Source of the DNA: a virus
Taxonomy: Duplodnaviria; Caudoviricetes
Strand: one strand, 5' to 3'
Virus record (IMG/VR): IMGVR_UViG_3300010376_000052
Location: 1 to 47,282 of that record
Length of the DNA: 47,282 nt
Part shown: one piece after another, positions 18,193 to 28,424 of the stretch
Layout of the letters: the number at the start of each line of letters is the position of its first letter
Numbering within the stretch: the first letter of the stretch is position 1
Notes under the pieces: generated by a model
What the model was told of the DNA's origin: nothing
The model's database searches: none
What the model saw: the letters and a program-made list of their open reading frames with translations, nothing else
Position numbers and translations under genes: made by a program

Positions 18193-19476
18193 CTACGGGA
18201 TGTCGTCCGCGAGGTTGTAGATCGCTCCCTGCGTCTTCCGGCGGAAGCAGCCCAGATCGCAGTACTTGTAGAGGGTTGCCTTGTAGGCGTCGGTGTCGGG
18301 GTTCTCCACCTTGCGGAGGATCGCACCGTCCCTGTTCATCCACCGGAAGTCGTTCCCGTTGAGCTGCACCCACAGGAAGTCGTCGGGGCGGATGAGGAAC
18401 ATGTACTGCTTCGGGCAGTCGTCGTCGAACAGCATCGGGAACCCGTTGTAGTCGATGTACTTGAAGCCACCGTGCATGGTGCCGGCGTTGGCATCGTTCC
18501 ACCGCTTCTGGGCCTTGAGCGTGTTCACGTACCGACGACGGATGCCCCTCGTGGTGAGGAGCAGTTCGGTCTCCCAGCCCTCGGCGCCGATCTGGTCCAG
18601 CATGAGCTGGCCAGCGTCTTCGTCGAAGGTCGAGTTTCCACCGTCCGCCTGCTTCGCCTGCCAGTACTCGTTGCCTGCCACCGACGCGTCGATGGAGTGC
18701 AGGACGTAGTTCTGGGAGAGATCGCTGCGGATGATGTTGCGGAGACCGTTGATCTCCTGCTTCCAGTTGCCCTCGACCGCGAGCACGTGCGTGCCAGGGA
18801 CAGCCGTCACGTCGGAACCGCTGTAGGTCACCACACGAGTGGCACGTGTGATGGCGGTGATCTGTACGCGAGCAGCGAGAACCGCGTCCGTGCTCTGGTT
18901 CACGATGTCCACGTACATGCCGACGCGTAGGTACTGCAGGTTGTCGACCGTGACCGTGTTCGAGCCGTCAGCGGTGATCTGGCACAGCGTACCGCGCTGA
19001 TCACCGAACGCCTGACGGTTCATGTCCTTCCGGAGATCGTTGACCGCACCAACGGTCTCCGCTTCGAGCAAGCGCAGGTACGCGCCCAGATTCCGCTCCG
19101 TGACCTCCATGGAGAAGCCCGTGAGCTGGATCTGCTTGTACTCCTTGCGGACCTTGTCGAGAATGTCCGCCCATCCCTGCTGACCCGGTGTAGGCAGCGT
19201 CGCACCCTCAGCGCGAGCCGTACCTGACTCGTTGCGGGTGACGTGGAGCGCGATGACCCACTGCCGGCCTGCGAACTCGACCACGTCCGCATCCTTGGAG
19301 ATCCCCGTGTAGTCCAGGGTCTCGCCCTTGGCAGCGTTCATCGTCCCCGCGCCCGCCTCCAGCTCGGCCGGCGTGTACCCGAAGAGCAGGATGGCACGCT
19401 GGTTCACCATCTCCCTGACCACAGGGAGGTAGTAGTTCTGGAGGATCGCGTCAGCTGATGTGGTAGTCTGTACCAT
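18193..19476 (-). CDS. Major capsid protein
   Basis: 427 aa after scaffold; strongly biased codon use; INGLRNI; C-terminal YCDLGCFRRKTQGAIYNL typical of HK97-fold capsids. Confidence 0.85.
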   Translation of the reverse strand: MVQTTTSADAILQNYYLPVVREMVNQRAILLFGYTPAELEAGAGTMNAAKGETLDYTGISKDADVVEFAGRQWVIALHVTRNESGTARAEGATLPTPGQQGWADILDKVRKEYKQIQLTGFSMEVTERNLGAYLRLLEAETVGAVNDLRKDMNRQAFGDQRGTLCQITADGSNTVTVDNLQYLRVGMYVDIVNQSTDAVLAARVQITAITRATRVVTYSGSDVTAVPGTHVLAVEGNWKQEINGLRNIIRSDLSQNYVLHSIDASVAGNEYWQAKQADGGNSTFDEDAGQLMLDQIGAEGWETELLLTTRGIRRRYVNTLKAQKRWNDANAGTMHGGFKYIDYNGFPMLFDDDCPKQYMFLIRPDDFLWVQLNGNDFRWMNRDGAILRKVENPDTDAYKATLYKYCDLGCFRRKTQGAIYNLADDIP

Positions 19477-19490
19477 CTCTCAGCTCCTAT

Positions 19491-19826
19491 CTAACCGGGA
19501 GAGCCTTTGCCCAGGACCATCGCCCGGGCAACTACCGCGTTTAGAACCGCGGAGTTGTTGGCTAGCTCGGTGTTGGGCGAGTTACCCGCTCCGTTCTGGT
19601 AGGCCTTGATCTTCTGGTTGACCTGATCGTACTCGAGGATGTACCCGATCTTCGCAGCCGAGAGATCCACAAACACGATCGTTCCACCAGCACCAATGCC
19701 CAACGCTGCGGGACTTAACGACCAACCACCAGGCGACGGATAGGCGTTGTCGAACGTAATGTCGACTACCTTCATCCACATGTCGCCAACAGAACCGCGG
19801 CCCTTGATGCTGTATCCAAGTGCCAT
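19491..19826 (-). CDS. Capsid decoration / minor head protein
   Basis: DITFDNAYPSPGG...YD....KIKAY pattern; between scaffold and capsid. Confidence 0.55.
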   Translation of the reverse strand: MALGYSIKGRGSVGDMWMKVVDITFDNAYPSPGGWSLSPAALGIGAGGTIVFVDLSAAKIGYILEYDQVNQKIKAYQNGAGNSPNTELANNSAVLNAVVARAMVLGKGSPG

Positions 19827-20686
19827 CAGCTCTCCATTTCGATTCCGGGTAGACGCCCTGCTCGGATGTCGGCCATGATCTGCTTGTTCGCCGCACCGAA
19901 GTCCTTGAACTCCTCCGGGGGCGAAGGCGCAGCTGCACTACCGGGCACCGTGCGAGGCGTTCCCGACTTGCCCGACTGAACGGCTGACCCAAGGGAATGA
20001 TCCCTGTCCTCGAGGTACGCAGTTCGCGCAGCCTCTGCGAGCTGCTCAAGGGTCTCGTACCCGCCACCAGCGGCAGCGGACGAGATCCATACGAGCTTCG
20101 TGCGCTCGGGAACGTCGAGATTGTCCTGTTTATCCAGGCCGTCCCAGTGACGAACCACGATGTCTAGACGCGCCTGACGGTCGGCCTCCTCACGCTCCTG
20201 CATGATCTGGTCGACCTGAGCGAGTCGCTGAGCCACCTCGGGAGGAATAACAGCACCATCGTTGCCCCCGTCCTCGTCGCCTTGAGCGCCAGCACGAACA
20301 GTGGCGGCATCTGTGGTGAGCAATTGCTTCATCACTGCCTTCTGCTCGTCGGACAAGTCCTGTTGGCTGTCGATTAGGGTGCCAATGATGCCCTTTGGGT
20401 CCTGCACGTAGGCGGCTTCGAAGTTCGCCAAGCGAACCGCGGAGTCCGGTTCGATGCCGTATTCTTCCAGAGCTTCGTAACCCTTGAGCGCCTGGTAACG
20501 GCTGTTTACCTCCTGGAATCGGGAGTACGGAATCGTCTCAGGAGGGCCCTGACGACCGGTATCGGTGTTATCGCCCCGCGGCGTGTCGTCAGCGCCTTCC
20601 GTTCCGGTACCCGGTACTGCAGCGTCGCCCTCGAGCCCTCCCTCGGCTTCGATCGCGGCCTGCATCCTGTCTGCCATTTCACCCAC
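19826..20686 (-). CDS. Capsid scaffolding protein
   Basis: Acidic N-terminus, IPYSRFQEVN motif, helical; between portal and capsid. Confidence 0.7.
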   Translation of the reverse strand: MGEMADRMQAAIEAEGGLEGDAAVPGTGTEGADDTPRGDNTDTGRQGPPETIPYSRFQEVNSRYQALKGYEALEEYGIEPDSAVRLANFEAAYVQDPKGIIGTLIDSQQDLSDEQKAVMKQLLTTDAATVRAGAQGDEDGGNDGAVIPPEVAQRLAQVDQIMQEREEADRQARLDIVVRHWDGLDKQDNLDVPERTKLVWISSAAAGGGYETLEQLAEAARTAYLEDRDHSLGSAVQSGKSGTPRTVPGSAAAPSPPEEFKDFGAANKQIMADIRAGRLPGIEMES

Positions 20687-20701
20687 TGTGATCCTCCTGG
20701 C

Positions 20702-21013
20702 CTACGATTTTACGCCCTCGTTGGCGATTGGGCCTGCTGGTACGGATTTCCCCGGTTCGCGTGGGCCACTCGGACGATGGTCGGCACGAAGCTCCTCATC
20801 GCGCATGGCCATGCGCCGGGCGCGCTCGGGAGTCATACGATACGGAATACGCTTCTCGATGCGGTCTTCGATCTCCGCCTCGAGTACGTCCCGCTTCTCC
20901 TCGAGCAGCCTTCTCACGTCGTCTACCTTGACATACGAGCCCTGACTCGTCTCGATAGCCACCTCTTGGATGGCATCGAGTGCTTCGTTCAGGTTACGTA
21001 TGTCTCTAGGCAA
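20702..21013 (-). CDS. Hypothetical protein
   Basis: ORF coupled to upstream gene. Confidence 0.55.
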   Translation of the reverse strand: MPRDIRNLNEALDAIQEVAIETSQGSYVKVDDVRRLLEEKRDVLEAEIEDRIEKRIPYRMTPERARRMAMRDEELRADHRPSGPREPGKSVPAGPIANEGVKS

Positions 21014-21578
21014 ACTCCGCCGGCCTTCCGTGCGTGTGGATCTCCTTGAACGCGTCCAGTGGCAAGTACAAGAGCGTGCCCTGTCCGCGCTCCTTCACCG
21101 TCAGGCTCGCACCTGGCGGCAGGTAGGTCTCGACGATCCCGGTGTCGGGGTCCTGCGCGACCGTTGTCGGGTACTCGACCACAGCTGCGATCTTGCCGTC
21201 CAGCTCGTCGGGTACTTCCTCGTGATCACCGTCGAGCACGACCCACGACTCGGCGTTCAGCGGAGCCAGATGTTCACCTTCATACTCCGCGTCCGGGTCC
21301 TCGATGTTCGCCAGGTCAGGCTCGATGGGACGCCGCTCAGGAAACTGCTCAGAGGCGACCGCGCCAGGAGAGCTGTCGTACGCTTCCTCCTCGCCAGTCT
21401 CCTCCTCGTCAGCACCCTCTTCCTCGGCGCCCTCCTCGTCCCCCGACTCGTCAGCCTCAGCTTCGTTGATCTTGTCGACCAGTTCCGCCTTGGTGTCGGA
21501 ATCGTCGTACTCTACGCCTAGCTCGTCGGCCTTCGCCTGAAGCTCTGCCTTCGAGTAGTCGCTGTAGTCCTCAGTCAC
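21006..21578 (-). CDS. Acidic protein with N-terminal HeH/Rho-N-like motif
   Basis: SKAELQAKADELGVEY...TKAELVDKI; strong RBS GGAGGT. Confidence 0.6.
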   Translation of the reverse strand: MTEDYSDYSKAELQAKADELGVEYDDSDTKAELVDKINEAEADESGDEEGAEEEGADEEETGEEEAYDSSPGAVASEQFPERRPIEPDLANIEDPDAEYEGEHLAPLNAESWVVLDGDHEEVPDELDGKIAAVVEYPTTVAQDPDTGIVETYLPPGASLTVKERGQGTLLYLPLDAFKEIHTHGRPAEFA

Positions 21579-21579
21579 T

Positions 21580-21750
21580 CTATTTACCTCCCTTCTTCAT
21601 CCGTGACCGTGCAGCCTTCGCTACATCTGAGCCCATGATGGACGCGTAGCAGATCGCGTAGGCGTTCTTGGCATTACCCTTCGCCTTCACGTCACTGACG
21701 CAACGATCCATACGGGCCCACATGGATTTGGGCATGTTGGCGTACGGCAT
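21580..21750 (-). CDS. Small basic protein, 56 aa (MDRCV...AYAIC motif)
   Basis: Hand translation MPYANMPKSMWARMDRCVSDVKAKGNAKNAYAICYASIMGSDVAKAARSRMKKGGK; start coupled to portal stop. Confidence 0.55.
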   Translation of the reverse strand: MPYANMPKSMWARMDRCVSDVKAKGNAKNAYAICYASIMGSDVAKAARSRMKKGGK

Positions 21751-23969
21751 TACCTACCCGGCCTCGGACTCGCTGGGAGGGCAGGTTCACGGCGTGCCGT
21801 CAACTGCGTCTGACCGCCCCCGATGATATCCGGGACGGCTGTCTGCTGCCTTGTCATGCCAGGTGGTGCCATGGGCGGTGGGCCTCCATTACCCGCGGGA
21901 ATACCGCCTGCCGATTCAGGGGCGCCCTTCGCGGCCTGCAGTGCCTGGGCCTGTGCCGCCTGTTGGTCGGCCAGCATTTTCTGGTGTAAAGCAACATGTT
22001 CGTCGAAGAGCCGGACGATACCAGGGTGAGAAACCTGGAGACGGTCAAACTCCTCATCCATCATTTGCATGGTGTGGTGCTCGATATGCGTCGCGTGGTC
22101 CTGCCACGCCTTGACCGGGATCGCCGCGCTGACAGTCTGCTCAGCCTGCTCCGGCGTAGCATCCCGAGCCAAATGGAACATGCCCATCGCCAGACCGTGC
22201 AGCATGATGTTGTTCTCACGGTTAGCCTGCGCGATGTTCATGTCCTTGAGTGAGGGAGCGCCACTACCTATGTCGAGCATCTCCTCGATCTGCTCCGGGT
22301 CAGTGAGAATCCCGAGGCTGACGAGCTCGAGTGTGTACTGCTGCTTCGCAGCCTTACTACGAGGCATGGCGCTCCCAGCCTGGCAGATGACCTGCGTGTT
22401 GTCCTTGAGGTTGGACCCCTTGAACTTCATGGCATCGAAACGCCCGTCAGGGCGGTAGAACTGGATGATGCGATCCACCACGTAGAACTGAGAGAAACGC
22501 TCGAGCGTGAGTGAGCCTTCGAGGGCTATCGCATATTCCATATTCTCGATGGTCGGGGCAATCTTCGTATCGTCCTCCTCCTGGAGGTAAGCGACCGCGA
22601 CACCACTTCGCACCCCAGTAGGCACGTTTCCGTGGGCGACCTCAGACTGCCCCGAGATTTCCATGATCTGCTCGCGCAACCCGGCCAGCAACGACTCGAC
22701 CTGTGCAGGCAACTGCAGACCCTGGATTGGCTCAGGAGGCGGTACATTAGGCACGTGTACGTAACGGAGAATCGAGCCCGCAGCCGCCTTGATCTGCCCC
22801 TTGACCTTCTGCTGCGTAGCAACCCGCCACATCGGGTTCGCCATGTAGTCCTTCGCCTCGATGAGCTGGCTGACGATCTTGTCCACCTCGAGGTTAGGAC
22901 CCCGAATGTGATTGACCACAGTGTCAGGCCAGATGGACGTAGCCTGCGGAATGTGCTGGAAGAAGACGAACGGAATCCGCGCGTCCTGGAACGGGAAGCC
23001 AGGCGAGGCGTCGATTATCCGATTCTGACACCACCGCACGTACTTGCCGTTCTCGAGGTACGAATTGCCCCTGTAGACCTGTGGGACGAGCCAGAATGTG
23101 TGGATGTAGCACGCATTGTCCTGGTTGCCCCCGGTCATCATCCAGTTACCCCAGCCCGCACGCTGCATGACGCGGCGTTCCATGGTCCCGAGGTTCACCT
23201 GCTCCGGTTGGATATCCCTCGCAGCCCTCCCATAGAGGCCGCGAATTACGTCCACGTCCGCAACCTCCGTGGTGATGAGATCCTTGAGCTCGTCGAAGTC
23301 CAACGCGGTCTCGTCGGGGAACAACTGAAACGGGGAGTAAACCTTGAACTCCACCTCACCAAGTGGGAAGTTCACTTCTGGGGCCTCGTCGATCGTGCCA
23401 TCGTCGACCATACGCTGGATTTCCTGTTTTCGGACAGGTGAGAACGTGGGGTCACCGGTGGCAGGGTCTATGATGTAGGAAAGACGGCCTGCATCGTCGT
23501 TGTGGGAGTCCCACCCGACGTAAACAGCGCCAATTCCGCACTGAATCATCCACCACAGGGCTTGTTTGCGCAGCCGAGGCAGTTTGAACTTCCATTCTGC
23601 GTAGTCAAGCGCGCTGCGGCCCACCTTCACGGCCGCCAAGTCCTGCGGATCGTCGGAATTAGCAATTACGTCCGTGATCGGACGGCTTTTCGTCAATTTT
23701 GAGAGCTCGGTCCGAGCCACCGACAGCGCATGGTTGATCACCATACGCGGTTTCTTCTCCTTGGCATCCACAACCGGGTCAAAAGTCGGGTCGCGGTCGA
23801 CGTAAAGCGCTCTCATGGGGTCCCACGTAGCGTAGTGGTCCCCAGCAACCAGCGCCAAGTTGTTCCACCAGACGATTTCCCAGCCTCTGCGGTTCTGCAT
23901 CCTGCGCTCACGAGCGGTCTCAAGCGCCGCCAGAAGATCAGCGTCCTTGGTACACTCGCCAATTCTCAT
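21750..23969 (-). CDS. Portal protein (podovirus/P22-like)
   Basis: 739 aa; RMVINH, SGVAVAYLQEED, Q/P-rich tail; position after terminase. Confidence 0.8.
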   Translation of the reverse strand: MRIGECTKDADLLAALETARERRMQNRRGWEIVWWNNLALVAGDHYATWDPMRALYVDRDPTFDPVVDAKEKKPRMVINHALSVARTELSKLTKSRPITDVIANSDDPQDLAAVKVGRSALDYAEWKFKLPRLRKQALWWMIQCGIGAVYVGWDSHNDDAGRLSYIIDPATGDPTFSPVRKQEIQRMVDDGTIDEAPEVNFPLGEVEFKVYSPFQLFPDETALDFDELKDLITTEVADVDVIRGLYGRAARDIQPEQVNLGTMERRVMQRAGWGNWMMTGGNQDNACYIHTFWLVPQVYRGNSYLENGKYVRWCQNRIIDASPGFPFQDARIPFVFFQHIPQATSIWPDTVVNHIRGPNLEVDKIVSQLIEAKDYMANPMWRVATQQKVKGQIKAAAGSILRYVHVPNVPPPEPIQGLQLPAQVESLLAGLREQIMEISGQSEVAHGNVPTGVRSGVAVAYLQEEDDTKIAPTIENMEYAIALEGSLTLERFSQFYVVDRIIQFYRPDGRFDAMKFKGSNLKDNTQVICQAGSAMPRSKAAKQQYTLELVSLGILTDPEQIEEMLDIGSGAPSLKDMNIAQANRENNIMLHGLAMGMFHLARDATPEQAEQTVSAAIPVKAWQDHATHIEHHTMQMMDEEFDRLQVSHPGIVRLFDEHVALHQKMLADQQAAQAQALQAAKGAPESAGGIPAGNGGPPPMAPPGMTRQQTAVPDIIGGGQTQLTARREPALPASPRPGR

Positions 23970-24343
23970 GTCTCAGGCTCCTCCTCGGCTGGAAAATCCT
24001 CCAAAAGTATCTGTCTTTCCTCAGCCGCTCGCCGTAAATCGTTCTCACCATAGGAGCGACTGACACCCGGCACCTCCAAGACGACTGTAGCTTCCTCTTC
24101 GGGGAACTCCTGACCACCTGTATCGGCTTCCTCAGCGAGCTGGTAACTCTTGAAGCTCTCGAAGTCCATCGCCATCAGGCGGTCAAGGATCTGGTCGATT
24201 CGCTTCCCATCGTTCTGATGCACTCGTTCGAGCGTTGAGAGTGCGTTGGCCAGAGTTTGAGAGACGCTCTGGAGAGATAGGAATACGCTGATCGAGAATA
24301 CAACAATGGTGACGATGACAAGTCCGAAAAGCGCCCAGGTCAC
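23966..24343 (-). CDS. Single-pass membrane protein, possible lysis accessory
   Basis: N-terminal TM helix WALFGLVIVTIVVFSISVFLSL; two genes from endolysin. Confidence 0.55.
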   Translation of the reverse strand: MTWALFGLVIVTIVVFSISVFLSLQSVSQTLANALSTLERVHQNDGKRIDQILDRLMAMDFESFKSYQLAEEADTGGQEFPEEEATVVLEVPGVSRSYGENDLRRAAEERQILLEDFPAEEEPET

Positions 24344-24684
24344 GTCAGGGACTCCACTGCACGAGCGCGGCGTACTGCACTCTGTTCACGGCGGGCTCGG
24401 ATGTCGATCTCCGCGTCCTTGTCGTGGAGCTTCTTCTCCAAGCGCTTGATCTGCTTCTTGAGCTCCTTCTCCGTGTCGGGCGAGATCCAGCCCGCCGTGA
24501 CGGCGACTAGGGCAACGCAGTCCATGCACAGGTAACCCGAATCACCCCAGTTGTACTCGAGACCCAGGTCGAGGAAAGGCCCGATCTCTCCCGTGCGACC
24601 ATCTGGGGTGTTGCCTCGTCCGCACTTCATGCAGGTCGCAGGCGGTAGCGTCATGCGCTCCACCAGGCTCACGTTGTGGTTCAT
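24340..24684 (-). CDS. Zn-finger + coiled-coil hypothetical protein
   Basis: CMKC...CMDC followed by a coiled coil. Confidence 0.55.
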   Translation of the reverse strand: MNHNVSLVERMTLPPATCMKCGRGNTPDGRTGEIGPFLDLGLEYNWGDSGYLCMDCVALVAVTAGWISPDTEKELKKQIKRLEKKLHDKDAEIDIRARREQSAVRRARAVESLT

Positions 24685-24689
24685 GTTAC

Positions 24690-25556
24690 CTACCCCCTTG
24701 GGGCGGACGCAGTGTCCAGGTTGGGATTGTCGAACTTGAGTACGTAGTCGTTGTCCACCCACCAGAACTCAGGGATGGTCTCAGGTGCACCGTCAGGGCG
24801 ATCCTCGGGCTTGCTGCCTTGGACGCGCCAGTCGATCCAGTCACGCTCGGAAGGTGTCATACCCTTCCGCTTGGCGATGTTGTGGACTTCCTTCTGGTAG
24901 TCCCACGCCCACTGCGGGATGTCGTTGGGGACACCAGCAGGGCGTTCGCTGTTCTCACGGGACGTACACTCGTACCACTCAAGCCAGTCCCACAGCCATG
25001 CAGGTGGGTTCATGTAATCCTCGCCTCCTCCGCCGCCTCCGGCATAGTTCTTCGCCATCTTGAGTACGTCGTCCATCGGGAAGCCGCTGCCACAGTCGTG
25101 ATGCCCCCCGCCCCAGGATCCAAGATCCTTATGCTGACAGACTCCACGCCCAGAGCCTTGAGCTTGAGCGGGGGACAACTTGGTGATCGGAATGCCGAAC
25201 TTCGCTGCCTCTTCCGCGATCCACTTCGCGCAGTTCTCCAGCATCTTCTGATGCTCGTTGTGCCAGGTAGACTTGGTCCACGAGGCGAAACCGCACAGCT
25301 CAAGTTGAACAGCGACGGGATTGGCGTTGGCCGCTGTCCACGCCTTGTTGTTCCGCTTGACATACTCACCCACAGTGTTGACCTTGTCGTCCGCACCACA
25401 GTGGCTGGACACCTGACTGCTAGTGGACGCGAAGAAGTTGCCCAACTCCTCGATCGTCCTTGCACCCTCAGCGGTGTGGATCACGATCAGCCGTACGCCA
25501 GCACCACCCCGACTGGAATAGTTAGGCGAAGGTATCTGTTTGCGCGTCAGCGGCAT
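24690..25556 (-). CDS. Endolysin, N-acetylmuramoyl-L-alanine amidase (amidase_2) with Trp-rich C-terminal repeats
   Basis: SPNYSSR, IVIHTAEG, SSH, AWTA..AN, ELCG, H.D...HHDCG; RBS GGAGG before ATG 25556. Confidence 0.88.
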   Translation of the reverse strand: MPLTRKQIPSPNYSSRGGAGVRLIVIHTAEGARTIEELGNFFASTSSQVSSHCGADDKVNTVGEYVKRNNKAWTAANANPVAVQLELCGFASWTKSTWHNEHQKMLENCAKWIAEEAAKFGIPITKLSPAQAQGSGRGVCQHKDLGSWGGGHHDCGSGFPMDDVLKMAKNYAGGGGGGEDYMNPPAWLWDWLEWYECTSRENSERPAGVPNDIPQWAWDYQKEVHNIAKRKGMTPSERDWIDWRVQGSKPEDRPDGAPETIPEFWWVDNDYVLKFDNPNLDTASAPRG

Positions 25557-25692
25557 TGATCTCCCTCCATCCTGGCCACTCGTCTTGGTCGTCGACCTGC
25601 CGCGCCCATGGCTCATTCACTTCGTTGCGCGGCTCAGGCATCGGCCACGGCCAGTCGATGTCCCCGTGCTCCTCTTCTGTCGGCATGTGCCC

Positions 25693-25920
25693 TCACTTCC
25701 AGTTGTCGAAGGTGGGACCCGTGCAGCCCAAGGCAGCGACTCGCTTCTTGATGTGTGCGCGGGCTGTGGCAGTGTTGTTGGCACGGCCCAAACTTCGGAT
25801 CGCGTTCTCCGCGCTGAAGCCCTCGCCGGTGCACTTAGTGATGGGGAAACTGCCATCAGACCTGGCAGCTCCGCTCGCTGCGAGCTTCTTACGAATCGCG
25901 GCGTTATCTTGCTGAGCCAT
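25693..25920 (-). CDS. Small basic protein (DGSFPI...AI...GRA...HIKKR..ALG)
   Basis: RBS GAGGAGG; motif pattern I recall from phage head-region proteins. Confidence 0.6.
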   Translation of the reverse strand: MAQQDNAAIRKKLAASGAARSDGSFPITKCTGEGFSAENAIRSLGRANNTATARAHIKKRVAALGCTGPTFDNWK

Positions 25921-25931
25921 GTGGGTCCTCC

Positions 25932-27422
25932 TCACCCGACTGTAGACGCGTAAGTGCCTGGTCTGTAGCCACGAGCAAGAGACCGCTCGACGGCAAGTTC
26001 GAGCTCCTGGTCGAAGTGGGCGTCCAGTTCTGCAGCCTCGGCGTCAGCAGCGGAGCGAGGCCTGCTCGCCACCTCAGGATCAGGAAGTTCATCCATTGCA
26101 ACGAGGATGTGTCCGAGGCAGTCGATGTTGTGGTCGTCCTTCTTGCGTGGCTTTTCTGCGGAGTCTTCTTCGGTGAAGTTCGTTCGCTGCGGCTTCCATC
26201 TGTACTGTGGGAGGTATTCTCGCAGGCGCGGCACCGCCTCATCGTCACGGAAGATATAGAGGCGAGGAGCTCCCTCAGGCTTGCCCTCCACAGTCCCGAA
26301 TGGATATAGGTGTCCAGCAGCGGGTCGAAGGTACTCGGTGATCCGAGATATCCGAGCGGTGGGGTCTCGATCAGAGAACTCAGGGTAAAGTCCGTTCTCT
26401 CCAAGAAGATCGTAGACAGACTTCCCGTCAGTGGTGGATCGGATTCTTGCCTCGGGTCCAACAAGACGGCGGAAGATCTCTTCATCCGGCCCTCCCCAAT
26501 CGTCCTCAGCTTCAGCCGCGAACGTCATTTGCGACCACCATTCGATCGTCTGATTTGGCTCCAGGATTTCCCTGTAGACGTAGCAGTTACCGTCATAATC
26601 ACGAGCCAGCCAGAACGAACAACCCTCATGCCGCATACCTGGATCGAAGCACCACCAACGCTCCCAGTCGGATGGGATGCGGAATGGGTCTATCTCATGC
26701 ACGTCCGGGTTGTAGTCGATGAAGATCTGCCCCGTGAAGACGTCGTGGCTACCTTCGATGAAGCGTTGGTACCAATGCTGAGGGAGGCCATCAAACTGCT
26801 CGAGGTAGTCATCGGGCAGATTCGGGTTGTCGAACATCGTAGCCTCGATGCACTTGTACCGCTGCTTCTTGCTCGCGGTGCGTTCGGGGTCGATGAAGTA
26901 GCGCCACAGCCAGTTGTGTCCGTTCGGGTTGAACAGAAGTAGCCCCTCGCGGGGCGAGTGGTTCTGACGAAGACGTCCATGGATCTTCAGCAGGATGTCT
27001 TCCTCGACCTCCTCGGCCTGATCGAGCAGGAACAGCCCAAGGTTGTAGTTCTCGAGCTTCGCTGGATCGTCGAGCGGCAGTCCGTGGATGCGTGAGCCGT
27101 TGATGAGCTCTATGTAGAGATCACTCACGCGGTACTGTCGGATGACCGACTTCGGAATGCCCGTCCACCCAGTGTCCTGAGTATCGCCGTTCACTAGCAT
27201 GTCCCACGTCGTAGACTTCAGCTCCGGACGTGTCTTGCGGCTAACGATACTGTTGGTGCCTGGGTACTCGATCAGGCGGAGGAAGAACTCAACGCAGCCT
27301 GCCGTAGTCTTCCCGTTACCCCACCCACCACAGAACCCACGGTACTTCGCTTTGAGGCCGTGGAACTCCTGCTGCTTCGGGTTGGGTTGATAGGGAAGAT
27401 CGACTGTGGCGCTTGTCTTCAT
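25932..27422 (-). CDS. terL: Terminase large subunit
   Basis: PNPKQ..FH, Walker A GGWGNGKT, Walker B LLDQAEE, FNP, nuclease FDPG and DDHNIDCL. Confidence 0.93.
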   Translation of the reverse strand: MKTSATVDLPYQPNPKQQEFHGLKAKYRGFCGGWGNGKTTAGCVEFFLRLIEYPGTNSIVSRKTRPELKSTTWDMLVNGDTQDTGWTGIPKSVIRQYRVSDLYIELINGSRIHGLPLDDPAKLENYNLGLFLLDQAEEVEEDILLKIHGRLRQNHSPREGLLLFNPNGHNWLWRYFIDPERTASKKQRYKCIEATMFDNPNLPDDYLEQFDGLPQHWYQRFIEGSHDVFTGQIFIDYNPDVHEIDPFRIPSDWERWWCFDPGMRHEGCSFWLARDYDGNCYVYREILEPNQTIEWWSQMTFAAEAEDDWGGPDEEIFRRLVGPEARIRSTTDGKSVYDLLGENGLYPEFSDRDPTARISRITEYLRPAAGHLYPFGTVEGKPEGAPRLYIFRDDEAVPRLREYLPQYRWKPQRTNFTEEDSAEKPRKKDDHNIDCLGHILVAMDELPDPEVASRPRSAADAEAAELDAHFDQELELAVERSLARGYRPGTYASTVG

Positions 27423-27863
27423 CTACCAGCTCTCGGTTCTCCAAGAGGCCGTGATGGTCTTGGTGGCTGCGTTGTTGTTCTTGATCTGGAACTGCACCTT
27501 GTCGATGCCCTGGACGTTGTACTGCTGCACGGCAGCGCTACTCCCCGATGCGAGCGTCGGAGGATAGCCGACGTTGGGCACAGCGGGTAGTGGGCTCGTG
27601 AGCAGCGTGATGCCGTCAGCAGCGTAGGGGAAGCACTGCACGGCGAGGTCACCTGCAGCTGCGGCACCCGCCAGGGACGCCTCGATGGTCACCCAGTCCG
27701 CTCCGCCCACAGGTGCATCCATCGTGACGGTTGCGCCGGTGGCGACGCTCTGCTGTGCGGCGGGGATCTTGCCGCGTGTGATGGTCTGACCGACCAGCGC
27801 GTTGTACTGGTCGATGGTGGTGAACACCCACCGCGTGACGAGGAAGATCAGGAACGCTAGCAT
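27423..27863 (-). CDS. Beta-rich hypothetical (possible virion) protein
   Basis: ORF abutting terL start. Confidence 0.55.
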   Translation of the reverse strand: MLAFLIFLVTRWVFTTIDQYNALVGQTITRGKIPAAQQSVATGATVTMDAPVGGADWVTIEASLAGAAAAGDLAVQCFPYAADGITLLTSPLPAVPNVGYPPTLASGSSAAVQQYNVQGIDKVQFQIKNNNAATKTITASWRTESW

Positions 27864-28060
27864 GTCAGCGGTGGTTCGTTTGCGGTTGACGTGCCTGCGG
27901 GCATGGGGAACGGCGGGTTCATACCAGCGGCGCCACCGTAATCGCCACCAGCGTCTCCGTCGCCGTCACCGTCGTAGTTACCGAGCCTCACGTCAGGGCC
28001 ACCACCTGGGGCCCCACAAGGATCAGCGCCACCTTCCATGCCGTCGTCCTTAGTTGCCAT
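27857..28060 (-). CDS. Small Gly/Asp-rich protein
   Basis: MATKDDGMEGG..., overlaps neighbours. Confidence 0.4.
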   Translation of the reverse strand: MATKDDGMEGGADPCGAPGGGPDVRLGNYDGDGDGDAGGDYGGAAGMNPPFPMPAGTSTANEPPLTC

Positions 28061-28205
28061 ACGGCTTCCATCCTTTCCGGGTTGGGGGCTTCTTGGGGTT
28101 GCGCCAGGTCTGCGTAGCCTTGCCTCGGGACGAGGTCCAGCTACTTGGCCCGACACCGTGTGAGCGAGGCTGCTGGAACACAGACCGTACCTTCTTACGC
28201 GGCAT
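28050..28205 (-). CDS. Small basic protein, first gene of late block
   Basis: RBS GGAGG before MPRKKVRSVF. Confidence 0.5.
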   Translation of the reverse strand: MPRKKVRSVFQQPRSHGVGPSSWTSSRGKATQTWRNPKKPPTRKGWKPYGN

Positions 28206-28317
28206 GAGCTTCCTCCCACGCGGCTCTATCCCTGGCGGCCGTGCTGCGTCCTTCTCGCTTCGCTCTCTCACGACAAAATCCGACGTCGATTCCTCCTTCG
28301 CGCACGCGCAGGGGGGG

Positions 28318-28424
28318 TTCATTGAAAACGTGAATGATTGAAACGTGCAACGATTGACGTTGTGAACGATTGTCACACGCAATCGTGTGCGGATTCAACG
28401 ATTGTGATATGTTTACACAATCAT
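28318..28424. repeat. Iterated AYGATTG heptamers with 16-bp phasing
   Basis: Copies at 28334, 28350, 28366, 28398; inverted copies at 28380 and 28418; partial copy at 28318. Confidence 0.7.
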
